From: an uncultured virus (IMG/VR IMGVR_UViG_3300030060_005326)
Taxonomy: Duplodnaviria > Heunggongvirae > Uroviricota > Caudoviricetes
Direction: 5' to 3' (one strand)
Length of the DNA stretch: 64,000 nt
Virus record (IMG/VR): IMGVR_UViG_3300030060_005326
Positions within the stretch are counted from its first letter, which is position 1. Every line of letters begins with the position of its first letter. Below, in pieces: positions 8,446-17,835 of this stretch. The notes below the pieces were generated by a model. The model saw nothing but the letters and a program-made list of their open reading frames with translations, ran no database searches and was not told the DNA's origin. Made by a program: the position numbers and the translations under genes.

Positions 8446-10238
8446 TTTTCGTATCTTGTTTGAATAGCTCCTTCCGCTTCTACGGGAATATCAGGAATCC
8501 ATGTTGGGGGTTGAGACATTATCTTGATAATATCTGAAAGTGTTTCTTCTGCTTCGTCTGCCTTGGCTTCCACGACTAATTCATCGTGAACGTGCATGAT
8601 CACCTTATGACCTGCTTCTTCTACTCTAAGAAGCATATCAGAGAAAATATCTCTGGCGAGAGCTTGCGAAGCATTCTCTGCGACTAATCCTCCCCATAAC
8701 CTTACGGTTGCTGATCTACCATGGCGAGGAACTTGAGCAGTAAATTGTGTGGTAGCTCCTTCTCCATGTTTCCCTAGAACTCCATAATCTAGAACTCTCC
8801 CGCTAGGAAGTTCTACTGTGAACTTTGTGAAGATCTCCTTGCCTTCAATATCACGCCCCCCTTTACACGCTTGATTCGATCCCGCTATGTCTTCGTTGTA
8901 ATCATACCAAAGATTTTTAATCTTCTTCATTTTATTCCTGTATGTGTCCACCCGCTTCTGAGCTTCCTTCTCGGAGATGTTTGACATACTCGCAAACCTT
9001 TTAGCTCCCGCCCCATAACCACACCCCAACACCATTGTTTTTACAGCATACCTTTTGTTAACATCTTCCTTTTTAAGGACCCCATCTTTCTTGTCCCACA
9101 TATTGAATCGAATAGCAAAAGCCTCATAAATGTCATCTGTGTTTCGGATCTCCTCCATCATTTCGCGATCCTTAGCTAACCAACAAAGTGTCCTAACTTC
9201 AATCTGAGAAAGGTCCACCACGATTAATTTTTTGTCAGGTTCGGGACAGATTAAGTGGCGTAGGTTCACACCGAACATCTCATCCCTAGGCAAGTTCTGT
9301 AAGTTGAGGTTGCCCCCAGATCCACTAAACCTTCCTGTATGAGCACCAAAATACATACACCCACCATAATATCTACCGTCAGGCATAGTGGCGTAGTCGA
9401 AGCTCTCTAGCTTCTTCTTTAGTGAGTTAATCCGTCTCCAACTTTTTACAGCACCTATCCACTTATGTTCCTCACTATGTTTGGCTATCCATTTTTGAGC
9501 ATCCTCATCAGACTCTGCAAGACTAGCTGGCGGGTCTATGCCTAGAAGTAAACACTGCTGATCAAAGGCAGCTTTGCTAAGAAGAGGTTTATCATCGAGC
9601 CAAGGAATATCTTGTTCTGCTTCAAATAGCTTTTGATTAATTATTTCTAATTGCTTCTTTAAAAGTTCAGTATCTATAGGAATCCCTCTTTGGACTACGG
9701 TTCTATTTACTCTACTTATGTCCCGCTCAAACTGAGGCCATCTATCTTTCAGTGATTCCCATAGCCTGAGACATAACTCACTATCCTTGATAGCATATTC
9801 ACAAACCTCTTCCCTAAACTCAGGAGTCATTTTCTCCCACCTCTTCCCTGACATATTGTCTCGTGTGGATTTATCCACGGTGAGATTAAACATCTCTGCT
9901 GTAGACCCTTTCAGGGATCGGGGTAATCTACAGTATGCTGCTAGATCTGCGGTGCAGTGCCATTCTTCTGGATCACAATCACCCCACCAGTTTTGGGATA
10001 CACCATACAGGAATAGGGTTTCATCAAAGCTAGCGTTGTGAGATAGAACTCTCTGTCCATTGAGTTGCTCCCATACAAAGTCTTTGGGATGCCCCACAAA
10101 TTTAGTTCCATCATCTCCTACAACAGATACCAAATAGGCATCAAAAGCAGGGTGACTAAAATAACCCAGAGGTCCTAATGTTCGTATTGAACATTCCTTG
10201 TCGTAATATGTCTCAAAGTCTACTGCGTAAGTATTCAT
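8442..10238 (-). CDS. polA: family A DNA polymerase with 3'-5' exonuclease
   Basis: DFETY (Exo I), HNASFD (Exo II), HTGRFSG, NLQNLP, DLSQIE (motif A), KTMVLGCGYG (motif B), HVHDE (motif C). Confidence 0.95.
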   Translation of the reverse strand: MNTYAVDFETYYDKECSIRTLGPLGYFSHPAFDAYLVSVVGDDGTKFVGHPKDFVWEQLNGQRVLSHNASFDETLFLYGVSQNWWGDCDPEEWHCTADLAAYCRLPRSLKGSTAEMFNLTVDKSTRDNMSGKRWEKMTPEFREEVCEYAIKDSELCLRLWESLKDRWPQFERDISRVNRTVVQRGIPIDTELLKKQLEIINQKLFEAEQDIPWLDDKPLLSKAAFDQQCLLLGIDPPASLAESDEDAQKWIAKHSEEHKWIGAVKSWRRINSLKKKLESFDYATMPDGRYYGGCMYFGAHTGRFSGSGGNLNLQNLPRDEMFGVNLRHLICPEPDKKLIVVDLSQIEVRTLCWLAKDREMMEEIRNTDDIYEAFAIRFNMWDKKDGVLKKEDVNKRYAVKTMVLGCGYGAGAKRFASMSNISEKEAQKRVDTYRNKMKKIKNLWYDYNEDIAGSNQACKGGRDIEGKEIFTKFTVELPSGRVLDYGVLGKHGEGATTQFTAQVPRHGRSATVRLWGGLVAENASQALARDIFSDMLLRVEEAGHKVIMHVHDELVVEAKADEAEETLSDIIKIMSQPPTWIPDIPVEAEGAIQTRYEK

Positions 10239-10249
10239 AATTTTATAGA

Positions 10250-10285
10250 AGCCCCACCCCTGAAAACTACAAAAGGGGTGGGGCT
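10250..10285 (-). terminator. strong 12-bp hairpin just upstream of polA (terminator/attenuator-like)
   Basis: AGCCCCACCCCT (10250-61) / AGGGGTGGGGCT (10274-85); only a short U-tract (TTCTA) on minus strand. Confidence 0.5.
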
Positions 10286-10369
10286 AATTGTTTGGGCTTT
10301 TATGCGGTTACCCAATTAGGCGATGAATTAACCAGCGGGTAATGGTAGCAAATCCCGCCGCCGCATTAC

Positions 10370-10567
10370 CTAATCTGTGACAACGTGACTTATCTCAGTT
10401 CCCTCTTTTGAGGCTTTCAAATTACATTCAAGACCCAACAAAAGGATCTTATTAGCGGCAATTGCTACTTCTATCTTAGCTTTAGAATCCTCTAACTCTT
10501 TGATAGTGTTTTGCATCGCTGCTAATTCCGTTTCAAAAACCTCTGTATGTGTAAGCAGCTTACTCAT
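10370..10567 (-). CDS. hypothetical coiled-coil protein
   Basis: 65 aa; TAATG coupling with upstream gene. Confidence 0.65.
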   Translation of the reverse strand: MSKLLTHTEVFETELAAMQNTIKELEDSKAKIEVAIAANKILLLGLECNLKASKEGTEISHVVTD

Positions 10568-11229
10568 TATGGTAACAAGTAGCCCTCCACAAAAGATTCA
10601 ACTTCTTCAGAGGGTTCCAAGTCCTTTGTGATAGCGAGCAAAGGGCAATACCATGAATACTTACCTCTTGTAAGAAGAGTGCTCTTCAGATTCCACAGTC
10701 TTTTGTGAACTGGGGTTTTCTTGTTATAGAGGCCGAACGTAGTCAGACGTTTGAATACCTGACGGTATGCATCTTTCTGAACTCGCAGTTTCCCGATAGC
10801 GTAGTTCTTTTTCCCTAGTGGAAGTGGGAATGCTTCAACGTCATCGTTTCCTTCAAAGAGGAAAGTGATTTCAGCAAACTCCATAATAGGAAACTTACTA
10901 TTAAGCTTCAGTTGGTTCTTCTCTTCGATAGTCCCGACAACCCTAGGAATATCCTTGTCGTTATCGTATGGAATATCTTCCGTCCAATATTTGACCGCAT
11001 TTACAGGCGTGACCAAAATATTCTCTTCTGGTTCTGCTAAGATAAAAGTCTTATCAAGAACCAATGCTCCAAGCGGAGCGTCTTCCCCATCACGACAAGT
11101 AAAGTCACTTGTCTTCTGGACTACATTTACGCGAGGGATATCAATATCACTTGCTTCAATTGTATCTGGCAGAGCAGATACGGCTAATGCGTTAGTTGCA
11201 TTACTTTCTATTACTTCGGTTTTACTCAT
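10567..11229 (-). CDS. putative single-stranded DNA-binding / recombination protein
   Basis: Likely start MSKTEV at 11229; DIDIPRVNVVQKTS N-terminal motif; lies between exonuclease and polA, as in exonuclease-SSB-PolA modules. Confidence 0.55.
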   Translation of the reverse strand: MSKTEVIESNATNALAVSALPDTIEASDIDIPRVNVVQKTSDFTCRDGEDAPLGALVLDKTFILAEPEENILVTPVNAVKYWTEDIPYDNDKDIPRVVGTIEEKNQLKLNSKFPIMEFAEITFLFEGNDDVEAFPLPLGKKNYAIGKLRVQKDAYRQVFKRLTTFGLYNKKTPVHKRLWNLKSTLLTRGKYSWYCPLLAITKDLEPSEEVESFVEGYLLP

Positions 11230-11260
11230 ATGTATTCTAGTTTCTTTTTTCGTGTTGTCC

Positions 11261-12376
11261 TCAAGACAAGGTGTGCCTTGAAGGAGATTGTTCGATGATT
11301 CCTTGGTCAGTGCATTCATCCATAAATTCCGAGGACCTTTGTTTCTTCTGCCCTCTATCAGCTTTGTCTCCGATAACCTTAGCTACTTTAGCGAGCGGAA
11401 TGGATACCTGCTCTAAAACTTCATCACTACTCATGCCATAGTCGGCAGCAATTTCCATAAATTTCTTTGAGTCAGTAATGTTTCTCCTACCTCCCATTGT
11501 CTTTAGGCGAAGAGTAGGCAGCTCAAGACCATCCTGAGCAAGCTTGATCGCTCTCTTTTTAAATCCTTCAGCCCAGTTCGTTACAATTTTCTGAATAACC
11601 CATAGCTGCTCGATCACATCTGGATCTTCGGTAGAATCAATATCTACATCAGGAAGCTGCGGGTTTAGCTTTTTAGCTACCTCAACAACCAATCCCCCCA
11701 AAGCTGGGCAGATATCTTCATACTTACAAAACCTACAGTCAACTGTTGGAGTCAGCTCATCGATATCAGGAGCACCTGTTTTCCATTTTGGTCTGGTTCT
11801 TTCTGCGGCTAAAATAACAGAGGACAGTTCCACAATTAAATCCTCAAGGTCTTCCCGCATAAATGTATCTTTTAAGATCTCATTTCTCTGCGGTATAAAA
11901 AATACAAACTCTATTTGCTCTAGCTTAGGAAAGCGTTGGAAGCAACCAACTGTATATGCCTTCGCTTGAAAATTGTCTTTAGGGGTATCAATTTTACTTA
12001 TACCTGTTTTGTAGTCTATGAGCACACCTTGTGTTTCCTCATATATACTAAGGTGATCACAGGTTCCGTATGTGGATGTCCCTCTCAGCTCGATGTCTAA
12101 TAGAATTTCTGGATGCGTTTCCGTGAGTTCTTTATCTTCGAAGTTCTTTAAGAACTCTGTTTGATCCGAGATGATCTCTTCGTAGATTGAAACTTCTTCC
12201 TCACTTTGTAAATTCGATGGGTCTCTGACTTCGATTGCTTCGTGGATTCGAGTCCCCATTTCTGCCGCTGCATTAGTTCCTTCGCGACCGTGATACCCAG
12301 AACATCCCGCTACATATTTAAGGCTACTAGGAGAGAACTCTGCGTGCCCTCTATCTGAGTGAGCTTGTTGAATCAT
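11261..12376 (-). CDS. Cas4-like PD-(D/E)xK exonuclease (DUF2800-like)
   Basis: FSPSSL..C, EMGTRIHE, GTCD, LIDYKTG, QAKAY, C-terminal CRFCKYEDIC cysteine cluster. Confidence 0.85.
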   Translation of the reverse strand: MIQQAHSDRGHAEFSPSSLKYVAGCSGYHGREGTNAAAEMGTRIHEAIEVRDPSNLQSEEEVSIYEEIISDQTEFLKNFEDKELTETHPEILLDIELRGTSTYGTCDHLSIYEETQGVLIDYKTGISKIDTPKDNFQAKAYTVGCFQRFPKLEQIEFVFFIPQRNEILKDTFMREDLEDLIVELSSVILAAERTRPKWKTGAPDIDELTPTVDCRFCKYEDICPALGGLVVEVAKKLNPQLPDVDIDSTEDPDVIEQLWVIQKIVTNWAEGFKKRAIKLAQDGLELPTLRLKTMGGRRNITDSKKFMEIAADYGMSSDEVLEQVSIPLAKVAKVIGDKADRGQKKQRSSEFMDECTDQGIIEQSPSRHTLS

Positions 12377-12382
12377 GGACGC

Positions 12383-12411
12383 ACCATGGACTAAGCTCTT
12401 AATAGGGTCAA
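12383..12411 (-). promoter_or_regulatory. possible leaderless promoter TTGACC-17-CATGGT
   Basis: ATG 12376 is 6 nt after the -10 hexamer. Confidence 0.4.
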
Positions 12412-12412
12412 C

Positions 12413-12904
12413 CTATTTTTCAAGATTTTCTGATTCCCACAGATAACGCGCTATTAAAAAGGCATCTACCATTCCATCGTGAGCTTTGCGACATCTCTTA
12501 TTCTTAACCCAACACTCTTCGGGCGCGATAGCTTGAGCGGTAGATAAAGCCACTTGCTTTGTTCTCCCTTTCGGCCTGAAACCTAAGATTTGTTTCTGCC
12601 ACTTGTGAACGGATATGCGTTGCACATCATAGCCATTTGTCTCCGCCATTCCAAGAAGCTTACCAAAACTTAGCGCCATAGAGCGGACAGCTTGTGAACT
12701 CTTAGCGTGGGCCAAAGGTTCTTCGATAGCTAAGACAAAAGGAGTGTTAAGATACAGCAACCAAGATTTAATCTTAACGGTATCAATCTCTCTTTTCTTA
12801 TGAACCCATTTTGTAGGCATCACTTGTTTGTCTATGACAGTGCCACCAAAACGAGAGATGGCGCACAAACCTCCATCTAGTCCATTATCAATACCTACGA
12901 TCAA
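12413..12904 (-). CDS. RuvC-like Holliday junction resolvase
   Basis: IVGIDNGLDGGLC, LAIEEP, SFGKLLG, HKWQK, HDGMVDAFLIA. Confidence 0.85.
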   Translation of the reverse strand: MIVGIDNGLDGGLCAISRFGGTVIDKQVMPTKWVHKKREIDTVKIKSWLLYLNTPFVLAIEEPLAHAKSSQAVRSMALSFGKLLGMAETNGYDVQRISVHKWQKQILGFRPKGRTKQVALSTAQAIAPEECWVKNKRCRKAHDGMVDAFLIARYLWESENLEK

Positions 12905-13134
12905 AATAAATTTAGAGTAATTATTAACCCATCCCCTTCGGCTGGAGCATATATAAATATGTTCTTAGGGAGAGCTTGTAAAAAGAAAACTTCTTTAGCT
13001 GTTGATGGCACTACTCTGTAGAAAGCTCCTTCGAGTTGTTTGATAGAAAAAGAAAAGTCATCCTTAGAGTTATCATTTTTTCTTATGATGACTTTAGGAT
13101 TATGGACTAATTCTTTTTCTTTAAACAACTTCAT
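12901..13134 (-). CDS. hypothetical protein
   Basis: 77 aa; tightly packed in operon (ATGA overlap). Confidence 0.65.
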   Translation of the reverse strand: MKLFKEKELVHNPKVIIRKNDNSKDDFSFSIKQLEGAFYRVVPSTAKEVFFLQALPKNIFIYAPAEGDGLIITLNLF

Positions 13135-13485
13135 CTATTTTTCTACAATACTTGTATCGAGAAAGCACGGGGCTTGGGGGCCTAGGTCTGCATCCATAAG
13201 TTGCGCTAGCGCAAACTGAGCATCTTGTGGCGACAAGCCGTGTTCTTCTTGAAGTAAGGCTTTAGCTATAGAGCTACTATAACAAGCTATTGGAGGACCA
13301 TTAGCTAACTCAACTATTCCGACTAATGCGTCTTCGAGTTGATGAAAGAAAATGACTTCTGCATAACAAGCATCTTCTGTGTTTGCGTTAGAGACCTCTA
13401 TATCTACAGGAGTTTGAGTCCTCTTAGCGTAAGGATCTTTTTTGGGATTGTAGTCCCAAGAGAAGTTATCAAAATTATTTATCAT
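13135..13485 (-). CDS. hypothetical protein
   Basis: 116 aa; abuts neighbours. Confidence 0.65.
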   Translation of the reverse strand: MINNFDNFSWDYNPKKDPYAKRTQTPVDIEVSNANTEDACYAEVIFFHQLEDALVGIVELANGPPIACYSSSIAKALLQEEHGLSPQDAQFALAQLMDADLGPQAPCFLDTSIVEK

Positions 13486-14068
13486 TGGATTCTATATCTA
13501 TTACAGTTCCATTTCCTCTGTCGGCTTTCTTATTGTTTAGAATGGAGATATCAATCTGCATCTTACTTGAAGCCCCACCTCCCGTCTTAGCATTCAGACC
13601 TAAGTTTCTTCGAATAAGCTGATCTAGCTCAGATAGTTCCCGAACATTCTTGGGTCCTTTTAAATTATTCATACTGTCCCTAAGCAGCTTGATACCTGCC
13701 GCCGCTACATAGTGTTGATACTTATCCGCAGGACTACTTTGATTCTCAGCGATCTCCATCATCGTTTCGTCCTCTTCTAATCGAGCATCATGTTTGGCGC
13801 GAAGAACAGCTTCGTCCGTCATGTTTTCTAAATTCTGCTCGATCTTATCTGCCAGCTCATCGACAGGTTTTTCAGTCTTGTCGAGATCCTCCGTCTTAAC
13901 GGGCATGACTAATCCATTTTTTCTTGCTGGGATTCCTCTCTTCTTAAACCATCTCCTAACAGTCCCAGCATGAACGCCCAACTCTTTTGCGATAGAGCTA
14001 GTCTTCCAGTCTAAATTGTATAATTCGACTGCACGTTCTTGAATTTCTTGTTTGGAATTGAAAGCCAT
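13475..14068 (-). CDS. HTH protein, putative terminase small subunit
   Basis: N-terminal HTH (TSSIAKELGVHAGTVRRWF), helical middle, C-terminal MQIDISIL/TVIDIE strands; adjacent and divergent to terL. Confidence 0.55.
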   Translation of the reverse strand: MAFNSKQEIQERAVELYNLDWKTSSIAKELGVHAGTVRRWFKKRGIPARKNGLVMPVKTEDLDKTEKPVDELADKIEQNLENMTDEAVLRAKHDARLEEDETMMEIAENQSSPADKYQHYVAAAGIKLLRDSMNNLKGPKNVRELSELDQLIRRNLGLNAKTGGGASSKMQIDISILNNKKADRGNGTVIDIESNDK

Positions 14069-14086
14069 TTTTTTCTGTCGTATGGT
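14058..14086 (+). promoter_or_regulatory. sigma70-type promoter TTGAAA-17-TATGGT for terL
   Basis: -35 lies inside the first codons of the divergent HTH gene; terL ATG at 14098. Confidence 0.5.
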
Positions 14087-14097
14087 TTTTAATAATT

Positions 14098-15885
14098 ATG
14101 GCGTTAAATGAACAAAGGAGCAAGCAGTTACTAGAACCAACCATCGATCCTAAAACTAAAAGGATGGATGTGGGTGGTTTTAAAATACCTCCTACTAGTT
14201 TAATAACGGCTCTTCTATACGGGTTCGCCAACCATGAAGTTATTGCTGCCAGAGAATATTATTTCTGGAGGATTTGTGATGAGCTTTGGAATAGGGAAGA
14301 CCTACCTGAAAAATTAATGGTCAAACATCCGTGGGCTACCTTGATGATTCGAGCAGCTCTTGAAAACAAATACCTTGCTGTTGGGGGAAGTGCTTCATCA
14401 GGAAAGAGTCACACTATGGCGGCTTGGGGTATCATTAACTGGTTATGTCAACCACAAGACACTCTGGTTCTAATGACCTCTACCACGCTTCGTGAAGCCC
14501 GAAAGCGAATCTGGGGAAGTGTAATGTCTTTGCTATCCGTGATTGACGATGCGCCGATCAAGATTCGGGATTCAATCGGTAACGCTGCTTACATTAACGA
14601 GAAAGATATTCTTATTGAGAGAGCAGGTCTTTCATTGATTTCTGCTGAGAAAAGTAAGACTAAAGAAGCTGTAGGTAAATTTATCGGTATCAAGCAGAAG
14701 CGCGTGATCCTGATCGGAGACGAGCTTTCAGAACTTTCTGAAGCTATCCTAAATGCTGGACTTACAAACCTGTCTAAAAACCCCTCATTTCAAATGATTG
14801 GGATGAGCAACCCCAACAGTAGGTTTGATGCTTTTGGTGTTTGGTCTACCCCCAAAGATGGATGGGATAGTGTGGACACAAACCTAGATGATAAGTGGGA
14901 GACTAAATGGAATGGTAAGTATATCAGACTAGACGGAGAAAAGTCTCCTAACATTATGGCAGGGGAAACCATTTACCCTTGGCTTCCTACAGAGGAAAAA
15001 CTTGCAGAAGATAAAGCTCTCTTAGGTGTAGAGAGCAGGGGTTATATGCGAATGGTTCGTGCAGTCTTCTTCGATAGCGACGAGACCACAGGCATATACA
15101 CAGAGAATGAGATCACTTCTAGCGGGGCTATGAAGAAGGTAGACTGGCAAGGGTCACCAATAAATTTGTGTGGGATCGACCCTGCTTTCACTAATGGTGG
15201 GGACAGGACGATTATGTATACAGCTAAATGTGGCTATGACTCTACTGGTCAGTATGTTATAGAGTTTGGTGACGCTATCCATCTCAACGATGACGCAACC
15301 AACAAAGCAGTTCCTCGAACTTATCAGATTGTTCAGCAAATTAAGGAGAAATGCGAAAAGCTTAAAATCCCTCCTGAGAATGTAAGTGTCGATGCTACAG
15401 GTGCTGGTGCTCCCTTTTGTGACGTATTAGCGGGGGAATGGTCTGGTAAATTTATGAGAATTTCTTTTGGTGGGAAGGCTAGCGAGAAGAGAGTTAGCGC
15501 CAACAGTCCAAAGATTGGATTAGATTTATATGTTAACAGAGTTTCAGAACTCTGGTTTGTGGGGAAAGAGCTTATGAGAACCCGTCAAATTTTTGGAGTA
15601 ACCTCTGATTTAGCTCAAGAAATAACTGAAAGAAACTACGATATGGTAAAAGGTGGGGGTTTACGGATGAAGATAGAGTCCAAACCTGAGTTCAAATCCC
15701 GCTTTGGAAAGTCTCCAGACTTAGCAGATGCTGCCTTCTTAGCGTTAGATTGCGCTAGACAGAGGTTAGGTTTGGTAGCTGTAGACCCGCCAGATAACAA
15801 TGATTCATCTACTCCTTATAGAAGGACCACTATAAAAACTTTATCTAATGCTTTACAAAACTCCGAAGCTACCCTCATCGATTGA
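14098..15885 (+). CDS. terL: terminase large subunit
   Basis: Walker A GSASSGKS, Walker B LIGDE, MSNP coupling motif, RNase H-like nuclease GIDPA..GGD, VDATG, SPDLADA. Confidence 0.92.
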   Translation: MALNEQRSKQLLEPTIDPKTKRMDVGGFKIPPTSLITALLYGFANHEVIAAREYYFWRICDELWNREDLPEKLMVKHPWATLMIRAALENKYLAVGGSASSGKSHTMAAWGIINWLCQPQDTLVLMTSTTLREARKRIWGSVMSLLSVIDDAPIKIRDSIGNAAYINEKDILIERAGLSLISAEKSKTKEAVGKFIGIKQKRVILIGDELSELSEAILNAGLTNLSKNPSFQMIGMSNPNSRFDAFGVWSTPKDGWDSVDTNLDDKWETKWNGKYIRLDGEKSPNIMAGETIYPWLPTEEKLAEDKALLGVESRGYMRMVRAVFFDSDETTGIYTENEITSSGAMKKVDWQGSPINLCGIDPAFTNGGDRTIMYTAKCGYDSTGQYVIEFGDAIHLNDDATNKAVPRTYQIVQQIKEKCEKLKIPPENVSVDATGAGAPFCDVLAGEWSGKFMRISFGGKASEKRVSANSPKIGLDLYVNRVSELWFVGKELMRTRQIFGVTSDLAQEITERNYDMVKGGGLRMKIESKPEFKSRFGKSPDLADAAFLALDCARQRLGLVAVDPPDNNDSSTPYRRTTIKTLSNALQNSEATLID

Positions 15886-15910
15886 CTTTTTCTTGAAAAT
15901 CAATTACATT
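15882..15910 (+). promoter_or_regulatory. sigma70-type promoter TTGACT-17-TACATT (leaderless)
   Basis: ATG 15918 is 7 nt after the -10 hexamer. Confidence 0.65.
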
Positions 15911-15917
15911 TCAAGCT

Positions 15918-16685
15918 ATGGCAAATCCACTTTTAGGCTTCATTAACAGGAGTAGAGACGTTCTTACTGCGGCGTATGGTGCGGGTAAGAAAAAATTTGA
16001 GGAAGGTGCCCCAGAAGAACCTGAAGTTGACGCGATTACTGCGAGCTACATGGATCTAGAGCAGAACCAAGCAGAGATCGACCGCAATTTGGAGCAAGAA
16101 GGGTTTGAATCAAATCCTCAAAGGGAAGCTAGATTGGCTAAAGCAGAAAATCTAGCGCAAAGGCAAATGCTCAGAGGCAGGATTACTGAAGCTTTTGGTA
16201 GAGGGCTTTCTAAAGAAGATTTAGACAAAGAAATAGGTATCCTCAGAGGAGAATCAGCTAACCTAGATATTGATCCTACTGCTTTCGGTAGGGAAGTAGA
16301 AAAAGATCAAACCGCTTTAAGGGAGAGACAGAGGCAAGCTAGGAGAAGGGCAGCTTTCGTTAGGAGGGCAAACGATCCAAACAGAACTCTTGGCGTAGGT
16401 CAAAAGAGAAGGGTCTACACAAGAAAAGATAGGCTGAAGCTTGCCAAACAATTACGAAAAGATGGATTCAGTAAGGCCGCAGAACAAGTCGCTTTAGATT
16501 ACGCAAGATCTCCCGAAGCTAGTGCCCCAGCTATTTCAACTCCTGCTATGAGACAAAGGCGTATGGCTGATCGTGCGGAAGCTGATGAAGTAAGACAGAT
16601 GAATCAAGGTCTTACTAGGCTATTGATACAGAAAACTGAGCAACAACTCAGAGACCCTGACTTTAAGCTTAATTTGAATATTTAA
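15918..16685 (+). CDS. putative internal virion (ejection) protein
   Basis: Helical, Arg/Glu-rich; first of three increasing-size genes, as with podovirus ejection proteins. Confidence 0.5.
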   Translation: MANPLLGFINRSRDVLTAAYGAGKKKFEEGAPEEPEVDAITASYMDLEQNQAEIDRNLEQEGFESNPQREARLAKAENLAQRQMLRGRITEAFGRGLSKEDLDKEIGILRGESANLDIDPTAFGREVEKDQTALRERQRQARRRAAFVRRANDPNRTLGVGQKRRVYTRKDRLKLAKQLRKDGFSKAAEQVALDYARSPEASAPAISTPAMRQRRMADRAEADEVRQMNQGLTRLLIQKTEQQLRDPDFKLNLNI

Positions 16686-16697
16686 TTCGTCTGAATA

Positions 16698-17804
16698 ATG
16701 GCTGAACTATTTGATTACAACAGGGACATTGCTCCCGCAAAAAATACATTCCAGTTCACTGGTCCCGAATCTACTTTTCTAAATAGGAAAGCGGATCAGG
16801 AAATGATGCCTCAGTTAGATCTTATGATGAAGCTGCGGGGGCAGATTCAAAAAGAAAGAGCTGCGGACTTTGCATTCGAGACTGGGATGTTTGAGTTTAA
16901 ACAAAGGAAGAAAGGTATCCGTCAGCAAAAGGAATATGATGAACAGGCTGAAAATTTATTAGCCCCTTTAGGAGCGATAGTCGATAACCCAGAGCTTTCA
17001 CCCCTTGAAAAAATTCAAGAGATCGGGGCAATACAACTCCAGAACTCAAGGACTTTTGCTAGCAGTCCGATTGCTCAAGCATCGGCAGATGCTGCGTTGA
17101 GAACTCTGTCAGCTCAGGTTCAAGAGCAGACCAAGAAGGATACTAAGAAGGCTAGGAAGAGAGCAGAGCAAAAAGGGGTGGAACAAGCTGTTACAAACAG
17201 AGAATATAATCGTATCCAGCGGTTCCAGACACCAGAAGAAGTTGCTCAATATAAAGAATCGCTTGGTCCTAATCCTACTCTAATGCAGCAGGAAAATATT
17301 AAGCTTGCGGAACAAACTGTAGCGAGATTTGAAGAGAGCCAAGAAGCAAAGAAAAAATTGGCCGAAGCTCAGACTATTGAGGATCAAGCAAAGGCACGAG
17401 AAGATATAGGTAAGATTCTACTTGATGCTTCGAATGATGATCTGAAACAGCTCGAAAAGGATCAAGAGGCGCACACAGAAGCGAAGGAAAGTGCTGTAGA
17501 AGATCAAGACGGAAACAAAACCTATTCAGGACCTACTCCAGCTTCAATACTTAACCGCTACAGAGGAAGGACATTTAATGATGGTAGTCAGATTATTGAG
17601 CATCCTTCAAAGATCGGTAAGCTACAGTTTGTGGATGAAGAAGGAAATATCATTGAAGATACGGTTGCGTTAAACTTTGAAACGCTCAGACGTTTGATCC
17701 AAAACAGAAAAGCCAAGCACAGATCCGCAGCTTTAGAACGACCTCAATCTCTTTTAACACCTAAAGGTGTAAATCCAAATCTCGGAGGAGAAGGCAACGA
17801 ATAA
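16698..17804 (+). CDS. putative internal virion (ejection) protein
   Basis: 368 aa; Gln/Glu/Lys-rich coiled-coil. Confidence 0.5.
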   Translation: MAELFDYNRDIAPAKNTFQFTGPESTFLNRKADQEMMPQLDLMMKLRGQIQKERAADFAFETGMFEFKQRKKGIRQQKEYDEQAENLLAPLGAIVDNPELSPLEKIQEIGAIQLQNSRTFASSPIAQASADAALRTLSAQVQEQTKKDTKKARKRAEQKGVEQAVTNREYNRIQRFQTPEEVAQYKESLGPNPTLMQQENIKLAEQTVARFEESQEAKKKLAEAQTIEDQAKAREDIGKILLDASNDDLKQLEKDQEAHTEAKESAVEDQDGNKTYSGPTPASILNRYRGRTFNDGSQIIEHPSKIGKLQFVDEEGNIIEDTVALNFETLRRLIQNRKAKHRSAALERPQSLLTPKGVNPNLGGEGNE

Positions 17805-17835
17805 TAATTTATAATCATACATATCTGCTTCTGCT

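Noticed and set aside
10290..10370. tRNA gene
   Set aside because: GC-rich stems present but no cloverleaf, T-loop GTTC or acceptor stem
11261..12376. Cas4 as part of a CRISPR-Cas system
   Set aside because: Stand-alone Cas4-like exonuclease in a replication module; no cas1/cas2 or array
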